Shown in pieces: positions 40,534-54,200 of a stretch of DNA of 64,000 nucleotides (positions are counted from its first letter, which is position 1; every line of letters begins with the position of its first letter). Under the pieces are notes generated by a model. The model saw only the letters and a program-made list of their open reading frames with translations. It ran no database searches and was not told the origin of the DNA. The stretch is from contig KZ538100.1 of NCBI GenBank assembly GCA_000934665.2, positions 1 to 64,000 of the forward strand. The letters are read 5' to 3'. The translations under genes and the position numbers were made by a program. The stretch is from Catajapyx aquilonaris (lineage: Eukaryota).

Positions 40534-41955
40534 ACGATGAGGTTGCCTACCCCTGCGGCCTTGACTTTGGTCGGAAGTAGTTGTGGGTGTAACATATTTC
40601 CTTTGAAGGCTCTCGTCTGGCAAGAAGTGCCACCTAAAACAAGCCCGTTTGCCAAATTTACTCTGTCGGCATGAAGGAAAAGCGGGGCACAGGCAGGGAG
40701 GGATGCTGCGAATGATAATGGTTGTGGGCAGAGTGGAAAACGGCCACGTAAACGTCGCAATAAAGCCTAGGGCTGCCCCCGAGCCAGTCCGCATTGATTT
40801 AGCCCCCCTCCCCCCGACCACTTGAAGCACCGACCACGATCAGACCCCCCATCCAAAGGAGATGGATGCACACAATCTGCCTCTTTTCTTGCTCCGGTTA
40901 AATGCCCACCGTGCTGCTGACTGAAGGCCTAATTAGCAGCAAGTGGAGGTGACTGGGAGGCTGCAACCATTTTCAAAACAGGTTTTGCTCGCCATTTCTA
41001 AATGCAACTATAATATGGGCAATATGGTGTCCCGGGGATGTGCACGTGCACACAAGTCCAATCGGCCGGTTATTGAGCCCGAATTGGAGGTGACCAGTGG
41101 TCGGACCGGATTCCGACTATACTGTTGGGCTTCTTCTGGTGTCAAGTGCGCCAAAGTGCAGCCAAGCGTGTGTGTGTGTGTGCATGGCTCTCTTTCTGTC
41201 TGTATAAGTGCAGGAGGGGCAGAGGCAGGATTTCCTTATCAGAGTGATGAGGGTTGGCAGTCGTGAGTTTCAGTGGGCAAACCGCTAATGCCGAAGACGG
41301 CGTCGTGCTGTTAGCGGCTGTACGGCGCCCTCTGCTAATGCATGTAAATGAGCTCCCGGAGCCCGCTCTATTCTCATGATAAGGCCGGGATTAGGAGGGC
41401 TATTAAGCTGCGGACAGGCAAGGAGAATCAGGCCGGCAGCCGGGGAATGGGGGAGAGTATAACTAACGCCCCCCTCCAAGCCTCTCTCCCTCCCCCTACA
41501 CAAAATGCGGGCAAGAGAGAGAGAGATGTCGGGCACATCAAGCCGGACTATTTTATAGCCTTTTATTTCCTAACTCTAAACCCCCCCTCCTTAATTCTAC
41601 AAACTGCGCTAGTCTCTGCCTGCCTGCCAGTGGGTGGGTGGGTGGGACTACGGCATTTTCATCATCGTTTAACCTTTAAAGAAAGGATGGTCCCTCTTCT
41701 TCTTTTTTCCCCCCCGTCTTCTTTTCCTTTTTCTTTTGGATGGAAGCCCCGAGGAGCGACTAGCTCTTCTCCCACTTTTGGGGAGAGACTTTATTAATTT
41801 TCTGCCAAATCAAGTTTGCTACGAGCTTGTACCGCTCCCAGCTCCCTAAATGTTACGCTGCCAAGCCATCACTCGATGACGGAACTTGGGGGGAGAAAAG
41901 AGACGGGGGCCATTGTTCCACTCGCGATCGAAAATGGACAACGTCGAGGGTCGCT

Positions 41956-41978
41956 TATATATATATATATATATATAT
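41956..41978. repeat. (TA)n microsatellite abutting the 42-kb foldback
   Basis: Uninterrupted TA run of about 11 units. Confidence 0.9.
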
Positions 41979-42262
41979 GACAATATTTTCGATTTTTCCC
42001 CAAATATAGGTCATTTTAATCGAAATTGAAAAAAATCGAAATCGTTTACACAAAAAAAACTTATCACGAAATTCCGGGAATATACCACCAAAAATAGTTT
42101 TTTATCCCCCCAAATATAGGTCATTTTTAGGGGGATGGAAAACCTTTTGGTGGTACACTACAAAACTACTAGTAGTGTGTAATATTCTCGGAATTTCGCG
42201 ATAAGTTTTTTTTTGTGTGTAAGCGATTTCGATTTTGCTAGCAGATGTGGAAATATTGACAT
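41978..42262. repeat. AT-rich branched foldback (nested inverted repeats), probable transposon-derived element
   Basis: A ~52-bp outer inverted repeat 42032-42083 / 42182-42236 encloses two inner hairpins (42083-42155, 42154-42181). A direct repeat ccccaaatataggtcatttt occurs at 41998-42017 and 42108-42127. Confidence 0.7.
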
Positions 42263-45200
42263 GTGACAGTTCAATGTGTGCGGTCCATATAAAGTGATCC
42301 CCTGCACTTCCCCGCAGGAGTTAGCCGCAGAGGTTTGACGGAATTGTTACGAAACGCCTCCTTTTGTGACGAGCAGTTGGGCCGGGAAGTCTTTGTCCGG
42401 AGCAATGTTCCGTGCCAGGAGATCTCGATGGCCAAAAATGGCGAATATTCACCGTCGCAAAAAGGCGGTGTTTGCGGTCGATGCGTATACCTGGAATATG
42501 GGACTCTTGCGTAGTATTTTCCCAGCAAGGCTTGGTGGACTGGGTGACAAGCGAGAGTGGTGTATAGTTTGGCCCGTGTGGACACGTCTGGTTTCCCGCC
42601 ACCGGAATAACAAGTGAAGCACTTTGTGATCGCTGTGCATGAATCCGGGCTCTCTGCTGTTCTTTTGATACCGACCAGCACCAGCGTCACGCAGGTGAAG
42701 GGTAATCTCTTTTTTTTCGGGTTGGAACCAGCCGCCGCGAATCAGACTCGGAAAACACGGTCCCCATGTCCTCGCATTCCGGGCTCTCTTTTTGTGTGTG
42801 TGCGCGTGCAATGCTGTGTCGGGCATATTTGACTGGGTGAAACGCGCCATTTGAGGGTAGGGGGGGGTGATGAGTGATTCCAAGCGACGCCCGTCCGTCC
42901 CCCAATTTCTTCATCTCTGAACACGTCCGGACGGGCTTTACATCAAGCGAGAGAGAGGGGATGCTGCTGCTGGGAGAGGAGGAGTGGGGGACAGACCGAG
43001 CATTTCATTTCGGACCCGGCAGCAGCTTCCAAGGGAGGGATGGAGGGAGGGATGGTAATTTCCAGAAGTGGGTGAATACATTAGGAAAGACTGCGAGCGG
43101 CGATTGTAGTTGACAGGNNNNNNNNNNNNNNNNNNNNNNNNNNNNNNNNNNNNNNNNNNNNNNNNNNNNNNNNNNNNNNNNNNNNNNNNNNNNNNNNNNN
43201 NNNNNNNNNNNNNNNNNNNNNNNNNNNNNGGGGGGGGGGGGAACTATCCGGAGCCTTGATTAATGCGCCATCACTGGCTGGAAGAGGAGGGGCGCTTCAC
43301 GGCCGAACGGGGGGGGAAAAAACCTAATCAAATTTGGATTTCCGCTGCCTATATACTTTTTGTCGCCGCATATTCAGGCCAGCCCATTTACCCGGAGACT
43401 GCAGCCATTTCAGCATCAATTGTTGTGGTTGTAGGACGTTAGAAGTCACCACGAACGTCCTTGAGGAAAATAACGTCGCAAAAAAATGTCGTGAGCTCCG
43501 TCGTCGGGGTGTGATTGCTGGAGTCCCCCAATAACAAGGAAAGTGCAGTGGGCGCCTCAATCAAAAAGCAGGGCTTTTCATCATCGTCGCCATTATTCAA
43601 CCTCTTTTGACGATTGGTTGCTTTTTTCGCCCCCCTTCCCCTTCCTGCGTCCCAAGTGCTGCCCCCGTGGCGGTGATGACTAGTAATCTCCAGGGAGTTT
43701 TGCGAGGTTGGAGGAGGTTGAATGGCCTAATTTGCTGCTGGCGAATGACTCCCATCCGCAAAGTATGAAGGAGTTTGGCTCACCGCTCTCATCAAAGGAG
43801 GAGAGTCAACAGGAAATTGCGAGCGAGTCGGGCATCATCACCATCAGTGGCTCGATGATGATCTGCATACCGCACGTGGCTGCCAACACTGGTCACTCAT
43901 CCCGGAGTGAGAAAGAGAGCAATCGGTCTGCTCCCTTCCCCCAAAAAAGGAGAGATGATGTTCCTTCTTCCTGTCTCGACATCTCCCCCAGGGCTATCAT
44001 ATATAGAAGAGGTTGCAGCAGCAGCCTCTTGAACACAAGCAGTCTTCTCCCTCCCTCTTCGACGGGGCCTGACGTTATTATCTTGTCGCTCAATTAGGGT
44101 TGGGATCACGATGTGACCCTGGGCTGTGGAGGGAGGGAGGGAGGGAAGAAGAGAGAGAATCCATTCCCGGCCGGGATGCTGTGCTCGACGCCAAAGCGCC
44201 TGCAGGGCCTCTCCTCAATATTTACCTCGTACTTGCCGGGGTATTAAAACAAAAGGTTACCTTGTTACCGGGGATGATTCTAATTGAGAATGACGCCGCT
44301 GTAATTTGCCTACCCAAAATGGGACTTGTCGGCTCAAACGGTATCAGGCCAATCTCTCTCTATATAAGGGGAAATTATATAAGGCTCCGTTTCTTACATC
44401 ATTAACACGCAAAAGCCGCAAATTGTTCGTAGAATCAATTAAGTCCGAATGGGTTGCGTATACACGTAATTATGACTAGAAATATGCCACTAGATCACAT
44501 GCAGTTTGTCGTTGGTGCAGTCAATGGCTTTTCCAAGCCGAAATTGAATCGTGACTCGTCGTGACCGCTTGAGGAAGAAGCACCAACTGAGGTTGACCTG
44601 TCCATGCGGTCATGTGATTAGGCCATGTCTGATTTTGCTTGCAGATGCTTCTCCAGTTCTCTCTCTCATCCAGTGGGCCTCCTTTTCCGGCCCAGCTGAT
44701 TGGAGAGTAGGCTGGCGTCCCCCGAGCTGGTGCTTTCTAATTAGCCCTGGTGATCTAACACGAGACTATAAGCTTAACTGTGATGCTTTGGGAGGACTCT
44801 TTGCTTGGAAATGGCGGAAGGGATCCCTTTAATCCGCGGGAAATTCTCCTCCTCTGTAGTTTGGCAAAAGCGAGAGAGGGAAGGAGGGGGAGGGAGGGAG
44901 GGAGGGCTTGCAGCATCCTCTCTCCTCTCATCCGCTGCCCCTTTGTCTCGACCGCTGAGATTTCGCCCTGGATGGTTAATTGCTAATTATCTCGGAATCG
45001 ATGGCTGCGAAGAGCCTCTAAAGAGTAGTAGTAGGAGGCGGAAGGGGGGATGCGGGGGAGGGAAAAAGTGCTGGGGAAAAGCCGTAGATGGCGGCAAAGA
45101 GGAGGATCGCTTAGCAACGTCCCACCGGCTTTCCTCTNNNNNNNNNNNNNNNNNNNNNNNNNNNNNNNNNNNCCCCCCCCCCCTCCTTTTCTCTTCATAC

Positions 45201-48118
45201 ACGGGTCCATAATTTGATCCTGACACGCTATGTATGCAGTACTTGTTGGGGGAATAACCTGGAGTAATAGTCGTGGTTCAGCCAAGAAGATCCGACTGTT
45301 CTTTACTTACTACATGCCGGTTCAGATATGCCAGTGGATTTGTGCAAACCGTGGGAAATGACTGGTGGCTTATTATGCGAATCCACGTCCTACTTGACGT
45401 AGCTGCTGGCCATGTTGCGTGTAAGCTATTAGAGAGCTAAGCGGCCTACACCTGGCTGCATTTACCAGACAGATGTCCTTTTTTCGGCGCGTGATTGAGC
45501 AATGGCGGCCAGCACGTGTCGAGAGAGACCTTTCCTGCTGCCACCTGTCGGCAGCGTCCCTCCCTCAGGTATAAGCGGGCGCCCATTATGAATTTGGTGA
45601 TATCCAAGCGGCCGGTAAATGGCTGGCTCTTTCAACCGAGCCGAGCGTCCGTGTCCACAACGATAATGCAGTGCAGCGTGTCCCGCGCGCAAATGAGGTG
45701 GAGGCCGGCTTTTCAGCCATTAGGCCTGGCGAAAATGGCTGCGGGTGCGGTCGGCTGCCCGGCTTGGCTCTGGCTGGGGGTGGTTGGAGTGGATGGGGAG
45801 GGGGCGCACATGAACCAAGCCGCCCGATGAATCAACGCGTTTCGACTTGTGTATTAATTTGGCATGCGGATTCTCCCTCCCTTGCCCTGCCTGCTTCTCT
45901 CTTTTCCCCCTCCCTCCGAGGCTGCTGCCATGCTCGGATTGTTATTGACGTGGAGCAGCAGCAGCAGCAGCGGCGGCGGCAGCATTTTCGGCCTCCTTCA
46001 TTTGGAGAGGGGGTTTCCCCCCCTCCCTTGCTTGCTGCACTTCCCCCTCATCAAAAAGCCCCGCAGCGAAGAGATTTAAAGGCCTCTGTCGTGGAGATAA
46101 TGCATCCGGTAAACGCGGGAATACTCAATTATTAAAATGATCGATAATGACAGCCCGAGTGCGCACTCTTAACGAGATCCCTGCGGTTGCTGCTAGAAGG
46201 CTCTTTCTCTCTAGCAAGGAGAGGAAGGGGGACCAGGGGGAGATTTTTTATATATTTAAAAAAAGGAGCGAGGGAGAGGAGGAAAAAGCAGAAAGTCCCC
46301 CCCCCNCCTCCCATCCTCCTCTTTGGATTCATTCCCAAGTGACGTCACTTTCGGGGGCCCGCACACACAAAAAAAATTTGCCGACACGTGTTTTTGGGCG
46401 ATTGGCAACGGCGTGGGAGAAGGGTGGCGGTGGCCAGGAAGTGGTCACTTTGCAATGGGGACAACCGTGAAAGACACGCCATTTCCTTTTTCTCACATAT
46501 CCGACCAGAATCGCTTGAAATAGGCTCGATCGCACTCGTTAGTCAAAAAATCAGAAGCTGATGATCCCAGCAGTTGGTGCAAAGCCCTATCATCCTTTCC
46601 CAACCAAACTTCCTGTCCCAGTCTAATTTGGAGAGAAAGGAGGAGGAGGAGGGCAAGGGGGCAAGACATCGATACGATCAAAGGGAAATGCGGTGGAAAT
46701 AGTCTGGAGGGAGGTGACGTTACGTGGTTTCCAAGCCGCCGCTTTTGCCGGCTTTTGCCAGGGAGGAAGGAATATAGGGAGAGAGAGAGAGAGAGATGAT
46801 GATGATGATGAAGCGTTAGTCGATACCCGGAAGCAGTCTATTAGCCATTTCTGCCTCAAACACCGCCAACTCGAGCGACAACCTTGCTACCAATTGAGAA
46901 GGGGATTCGCAGATTCACGGCTCCGCACCTCACCTTCCAACCCGTTTCGGGATTATCTTCACTCGATGCTCCGTGGCAGCCTGTCAATAAATGATGCCTC
47001 CGAGCTACCCTGCCCACAAACCTTCGCCAAAGTTATGTATGTTGAGTTGCAAACGGTTTATTTACAGTAGGGTGTTGGCCTGTATCCGACTGAATTATTT
47101 CCCGATGCAGCCCGTATAATGAGTCTTTGGCAGCACCTTGTATAGAAAAGAACAGACCGTTCAGGCTGTAATGGACCGGCGGCAAGTGCAATTCTTCCCG
47201 CTAATTTAATGTAATTTGTCGGATGATGGAAGAGGGCCCCCGCTCTGATAGTGCATAAGGTTTCCGTGGCGGTACAAAGTTGTGGGACCGGAGCCAGTAA
47301 TGAGATTCTTCCCCGTCCCGTTCTCTCTTGATCGTGTGTAATGTGGCAGGCAGGCAAGTGCATGCATGGCGCTCAAGGGTGTGTGCATACACCGAGCGCG
47401 CACCTACCGTAAACTCCGCACTTGGCCAAATACGCCGCCGCATTTGCATAATGAAGGCAGCAGCGTTTTGCGAATTAATACACCCGGAAGCCGCCACAAC
47501 TCCCCCCCCACACACACAAAACGGGGGGAGGCCTATAACCAGTCGAGTGACGCCAAAGATTTGTTCCCAACCCCACACATTTTTTTTTCGTTCTTTCTTT
47601 CTTTCTTTCTTCTTCTCCCCCCTATACCCTTGGTGAGGAGGAGTCGGGCTTGGATTTAATTACGGAAGGCGCCTTCCCTGCACCTCCTCCTCCTCTTCTT
47701 CTCCCCCCACGGAATCCCTGAGGGTCCGGAATGGAATCGTGGCGCCGTGTTTCACTGGCTGAAGAAGGAAGAAGAGAGAGAGGGGGGGGGGGAGAAAAAA
47801 AGATGCGCCAATCTCCTTTGCTTCTTTATTGATCAGGGTGTAGTGCCGTGTAAGTGTTAGCAGGCACCATGGCAACAGATACAAAGCAGCTGCGCTTGGC
47901 CTATACTGATAGGAGGGCAAGCTTTTGCGGCCAGGGCTGTCTGTCCATCTCCTCTCTCTGCCATCATGTGCAGGCGCCGTAAACAACCGAGGGCCGGGCT
48001 ATCTACGGGGGCCTTTGTGCCTCCGCCACGTGAGGGCGCCAATGCCGATCCAACATGGCGTCCGCCCGCACACCCTCCCTTCAAATATAACAAGAGCCGG
48101 CCTTTTTTTTATATACTC

Positions 48119-48119
<1 letters not shown>

Positions 48120-48201
<82 letters not shown>
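48120..48201. repeat. (TA)n microsatellite, about 41 units
   Basis: Uninterrupted TA dinucleotide run. Confidence 0.97.
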
Positions 48202-48205
<4 letters not shown>

Positions 48206-51200
48206 CGAGGAGCTAGCTGGCGCTTTGGACATCCCCTGAAGGGAGGAGTTGAAGTGGTTGGGTGGAAGGGGAGGGAGGCCGAGTCTGCTTATTACGGAAC
48301 CCCCAGACTGGAAGGGAGGGGTCCCGGATAAAAAAGAAATTCGATAATGCCCTGGAGAGTCGCCTTGTGAGCACTATGCGGCAAGAATTTGAAAAGCTGC
48401 TCCGCTACAGTAAATGGATAGGTCTCCCCTCCCCAGCAGCCTCCCTTGCTGAGCTGCTCCTCGGCCTGCTCTACCATTTTATTGGCTGCTGGCTGCTGAG
48501 CACTGCAACTGGCTGCTGGCCCACCCATCCACCCACTCTACCACCATCTCTCTCTCTCTCTCTCTTTTCCTTCAGCTTTGCTTGCTTGCTTGCTTGCTTG
48601 CTGGCTGGCTCCAGGATTTATAGCGGCGCGGGAGGGCTGGAGCAAACATCCATAAATTCGCGGAATAAAAGCCCAGATTAGGAATGGAAGTTAATATGCT
48701 GTTCAACGCTAATGCGGTTTATGTTGCCCCCTCCTCGCCACCCAGACCACACCAGACCCCCCTTTTCATTTTTATACTGGAGGGTGGTAGAGACGAGAGG
48801 AAAAACTTGGGAGAGAGCGGGACTTTTTTTTCTATATATGATTGGATGGGATTGGGCCTTTGTTTCTGACGGCTCCGGAACGGGCTGTTGGATTGAGTTT
48901 GCCCCGGGATATATATCTCAAATAGTACGGAGGGAGTCCTGGCCGGAGAATTGTGCTGGCTGGGCTGGATGGATGCTGGAGGAAAAGACGAGTGATGTGT
49001 GCAGTGGGATGACCTACTGCAGCATCCCGTGTCACCCACATTATTTATTTGTAAAGGGTTCTTGCCTTATATAAGTATAGCAATGCCGTTTACTGTAGGA
49101 TTATTTTTTTAAAAAAAGTGTTAGCGATGTTGTTATGCAGCGTGTGGTGTATGGCTGCCATGTTGGCTCGTAACAAACGCGGTCAGCAGTCAGGCTGGGC
49201 CAAACACCATCCCCTCCCAATGCGTTGAAGGGGGGGTTGGTGGGGGTCCGATCTGATTAACTGAGTTTAAATGCTGGAGAGAGGCCACCCCCTGATAATG
49301 CAGGCTAATATTGATATACACATCGCATGGGCCAGCGTACACAAGCCATCCCCGTACCGAGTAATACCACAGCGTGTTTATACGAGCTTTTGTGGCAATT
49401 TCAATATTGTTCATTTACGGCTTTGGGGCCGCTGTGGCACCTGTGCCTAATCCTCCTGATCCGGGGGCCTCTGATGCTGCCCGGACACACTGCTCGTATG
49501 CTGTACACTAGCCGTTGCCATGTTCAATGCACACTTTGCGTCACGTCCGTTCAAAATCATGGCCAGTCTTGTTGACTCCATGCACTGGCCATCACGCTAA
49601 TGCACCGCTTTTTTTGATGGATGCAAAGATGCCATTTTGATGGCATTCAGTGTGTGATGGGCCAAAGATTGCTTCTTTTTTTTCGGTTGCCGGGTCAGGC
49701 CACAGCCACAGCCCAGCCACTCCTTTTTTGTTTCTATAGCAACCCGACCCGGCGCTTAGTCAGGAGGAGGGGGTGAATCCGGAACGTGATGAAGCTAATA
49801 TCGGAAGAAGGAGGGTTGGGAGACTCTAGGGGCCTGCCTTGTCCTCGGACCGATTCAGGGAGGCTTAAGGGCGGCGGCTGGAGACCAGCATCAGTAGAGG
49901 GGAACTCAAAAAGAAATCAGGAGTCAATATAGTACAAGGAAGTGGGGGAGGGAGTCGCCCCCCACCACCTTACAAACTGGAAATCTTCAGATATACGAAC
50001 TAATTTCTGGGCCGTCATTTCCACTTCTCATGCACTCGAAATAATCTTTCTCAAATATACTGTACAACACCAGCAATAAAGTGGGTTTTATATCAAGCGG
50101 GGGCTTTGAAGTAAAACCATTTCATTTATTCAAGATTCACGAAGGTTACAAAGTAGAAATTTTTACGGCTTTTGCATTGGAATAATTTACTGGAAAAGGA
50201 AAAGGAAAAAAACAGCAATTAAAACGTCTTATTGGCGCGTGTAAAATATTCCATTTGATGCCATGTGCTGTAGAAGTAAAATGAGGCGTGTATTAGCATA
50301 ATGTAACTTTAACAGCTTTTGTAAACACTGCATCTTGCCAGACTTTTGGACATCAATGGCCTCCTAATTGTGATTAGTTTCTGCTCTCTCGGGGCGTCTC
50401 TATATTTTTGGCGCGCTTTCCTTTTCTTCGCTGGAGAAAATCTTGTTAGAGAGGTGTAAATATATGGTATCGAGAGCCGGAGACCACTTGTAGGGATGCA
50501 TAGATCATGACCTGCCTCAAGGTATGACCTGGATAGGCTTCTCTTTCTTGCATCCAGCCCTTTCACAACTAGCAGTTGAGTTGGCACAACTGCTGGCCCG
50601 CAGTGGAAATAAAGCACTTTGGTCGGGGTCTCCTCCCTTCCCCCCCCCCCCCNNNNNNNNNNNNNNNNNNNNNNNNNNNNNNNNNNNNNNNNNNNNNNNN
50701 NNNNNNNNNNNNNNNNNNNNNNNNNNNNNNNNNNNNNNNNNNNNNNNNNNNNNNNNNNNNNNNNNNNNNNNNNNNNNNNNNNNNNNNNNGGGGGGGGGGG
50801 GGGGGACAAGAGGGAAGAAAGATGGGAGATACTACACAAACGGATAATCGTTTAGTTTCACTCATCTTTTTATTTGGAGTGGTGGATTTATTTATTGCTA
50901 CTTTATATAGTGTGGGTAGAAAAACCGGGAGAAGAATGGGGCGCTGTTTTTGCAGGATTAGCACTATTAAGTCGTTAACCTGCAATTAGCCGTCGAACGT
51001 GGCAAATTACGTTGATTGCCAGGCGTATAAATTGGTCGCCGAATAAGTATTTGCTATTCTTTATTGTTTCAGTTGCGTTTCCGGCAATGTGATGGATGTG
51101 GGCAATTTGAATATTACGCAATTTCACAAAAATAATGCAGTTCCCAACAGGTGGAGTTCCTCGTTGTTTATCTGGAGTGTACAGTGAACTCTCGCAATGG

Positions 51201-54200
51201 CAAAGTGACTGCCGGAATAGTTACAGTGCGTCGGGGTTTCTTCCCACGCAAATTCCGCTGATTGCGGGACTATTGCCAGACAGGCAAGGCAGGCAAGGCA
51301 GCAGGCAATGGCTTCAGTCCGAGCTAACAGGTTATTCGTGTATAGGACGGAACACCCTTCGGCCAAACGTGGAGAGGTCTGGATCCAATACACGATGTGT
51401 GCTATTGCGCGCATACGGACATTTAATAAAAAAACGCGTACTGCGTGGTGCTCGCAAGCTGATGCTGAGAGAGGCCAGAACGTTCAGAGAGACGTGTCCC
51501 TGCTTCTATAAGGTTGGCAGCTGCCTATATGGGGTCACTGTGAAGCCTACATCGCTCGACTATGTGGCCGTTACACTCTGCTGCTTTACATGCTTGCTAG
51601 TTCAAGATCCGGAGGGAGAGTGGTTTATCCTGAATGTTCGCAGCAACCCGCTTGGCTCCGGTACATTGCCACAATTGTCGCAAGGAGGACATGCCAGGAT
51701 ACTCGCCTAGTCGTGTCTTTTTCATGGGTCGGATAATGAATCGGAATGATGCGAGTTGTATCGGCAGACCTTGCTGCAATGGGTCCTTGTCCTCCTCCTT
51801 CCCAGCCTGTGGGGGTGGATGGGTTGGTTTCCCGGCCGTGCCTCTAATGAAGAACAAAGGATGTGGATAGGCCAAAGGGGGTGGTTGTCTTGCCAAACGA
51901 GACAGGAAACTAACGATTCCGGGGCCGCCGATGACTGATCACCTCCAGGGGATGGGAGGCCTGCCTTTGCTGCCTTTGCCTTGTCTGCCTGGCACAGATT
52001 CTGCAGCAATAAAAAGCCAGGATCGGTCGGGAGCAACACTCGACCATAGTAGGGAAAAGCAGTGCATTCCATCAGCCAGCTGCTTTGGGGTTGTACGGCC
52101 CTCTTGAAAGGGTGTGGGAAGCCAAAAGTGTTTTGGTGACTGAGGCCCCAACCTGTTTACATCTCCAGCCGGATCACGCTCATTTGCACAGGGCCAAGTC
52201 CAAGAGAAAAAGATGGCTGGCTGCTGCACTCGCATTTTTCTTTTTTTTGCCATTTTTCCTGGTTGCGAGTCCGGCTGGGGAAGATCGAAAAAGAATCTCG
52301 AAGAAAAAAAAAAACGAGAGGGAAAAGAAAAAGCGTTCTCTCTCGATATGTGGTGTTGTAGTATATAGATTGGAGGGAGGAAACGCTTTGGGAAGGAAGT
52401 TGGACGTGGGGCAGGCAGGCAGGCAGGGGAGGCAGAGATGGAAGAGCCGTTGCCGGAATTGAAAAGGAAGTGGGAGGCTCCTTCTCTTACTCGAATCAAA
52501 CTCGCCTGCCTGCCTGCCTGCCTGGTCCAAGAAACAAGCAAGACGCAAGTTGGCAGCAGGAAAAGAGGAAGAAGAAGAGGAAGACAAGGCGACACAAACC
52601 AATCGCGCCCTGTCATCTGACCTTTCACTCGCCTTACCTCACCAGACCCTGATGCTCCTGTCACTTTTCCTCCAAGCCCTGCCTCGCTTTTTAAAATCAG
52701 CTCTTACTTTTGTTTTTTATGTGCCCGCAATCAGTTTTGGACCACATTTTTGGGCTGGTGAATATGTCGGCAATATGCGTTGTTTGATTTACTTAAGTGG
52801 CCAAAGTAACGTGTGTAATGAGAGTAATATTGCACCAAGGGATGGCGAGTGAGTGGCTGGAACCGTTTAACCGGGCGGGCGTGTATTTTGATGGGCCCAC
52901 ACATGGAGAGGGAGCCGTGACCCCCCCCCTCCTTCACCCCCAGAGGGCCATATAATATTTTGGGGAATCTCCTAGCCTCGTAATATGGAAGGGGAGAGGA
53001 GGCGCCTCGGGGGCATTTCTCATTATTCCCTCGCGCCTTCTTTGGCTGGCGGCCGGCTCAACTTGTTTTATAACCTATCTTCGGGGCCATCTCCCCGTCG
53101 CCTGGCCCATTAGTTCTTATCGCTTTTTTGGGGAGAGGGAAGGACCAGGCCGGGATAGCCAGCCAGGTACTACACACACCGATGTACACCCCCGTCATTT
53201 ATCACCACTTGTCTCCGGAGGGATGCCTTTTTTTACGACCCTCCTCTCAAACATGCAAAGATGGGTCCAATGTTTATCCCAGCAACCCAGTTTGCTGGAG
53301 TCGACAAATCTTGTCTCCCTGGAAATGTGCATCACTTTGAGCCAGGGTGCAAGCGAGCGAGCGAGCAAAGCTGGCACGAATGCTTTGATGACAGTCTCAT
53401 CTCATCTAGTTGCGACAGCTGACTTTGGACAGCAGCAGCCAGCAGGGGGGGATGCCCGACTTGCTGAGAATAGACCCGGGCTAAGAAGTCCCAAATGGTG
53501 TAGCCTCCTCCCCCTTTTCCTCTGGCAGGCAAGGAGGGGGGCAAAGGAGGCCATTACTCAAGGCGGAAATCCTTCGTAGCCGTGGCCCATGTTGGCAGCC
53601 GATCCTCCAGAGTGATTTTCGGCTGGATGCCAACCAGAAGAAAAAAAAGACTCGTCATATCAGCCGTGACGCTGCAAAAATATACTCGATCCCGCACAGC
53701 TCTCGGTGATATTTTTTCTCCGGATAACTCGAGCCGGATGCTAACACTTCCTTTTATTAATCAGCGGGACCGACTAATTGCCCCGATGGGTGATCAGCCC
53801 GATTAGGCCCAAGACTGATCGATGCTCGTGTAAAAAGCGCCCGAGTTTGTTTTTCCTTTGGTTGGATGCTGCGAGGAGGAAACGGCGACGGTTGAGGATC
53901 TCATTCATATGCTGATGCTTTACTGCGCGGCTCTTAAAATAAAGTTTGTTTCAACATGGCCCGGCGCGCGGATCTGATCTGCGCCGCCGGCCTGCTGCTG
54001 CTTCGAAAGATATGATGATGGCTGGATCATTACTTTGGCTCAAATTGCACCGCGGTATGTGCTTAGACCATCAGTGAGGGACACTTCTTATATATTCGTC
54101 AGATGTCCAGTAACTACATAAACGAGGTAGTTGGGCCATCCTCTGTATGCATAAAAATTTAGTGCACGCGACCCCGGACACAACGATTTTGATAGTGATG

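Noticed and set aside
51939..52664. 241-aa minus-strand ORF and overlapping ORFs
   Set aside because: Composed of microsatellite and homopolymer translations; no protein family resemblance.
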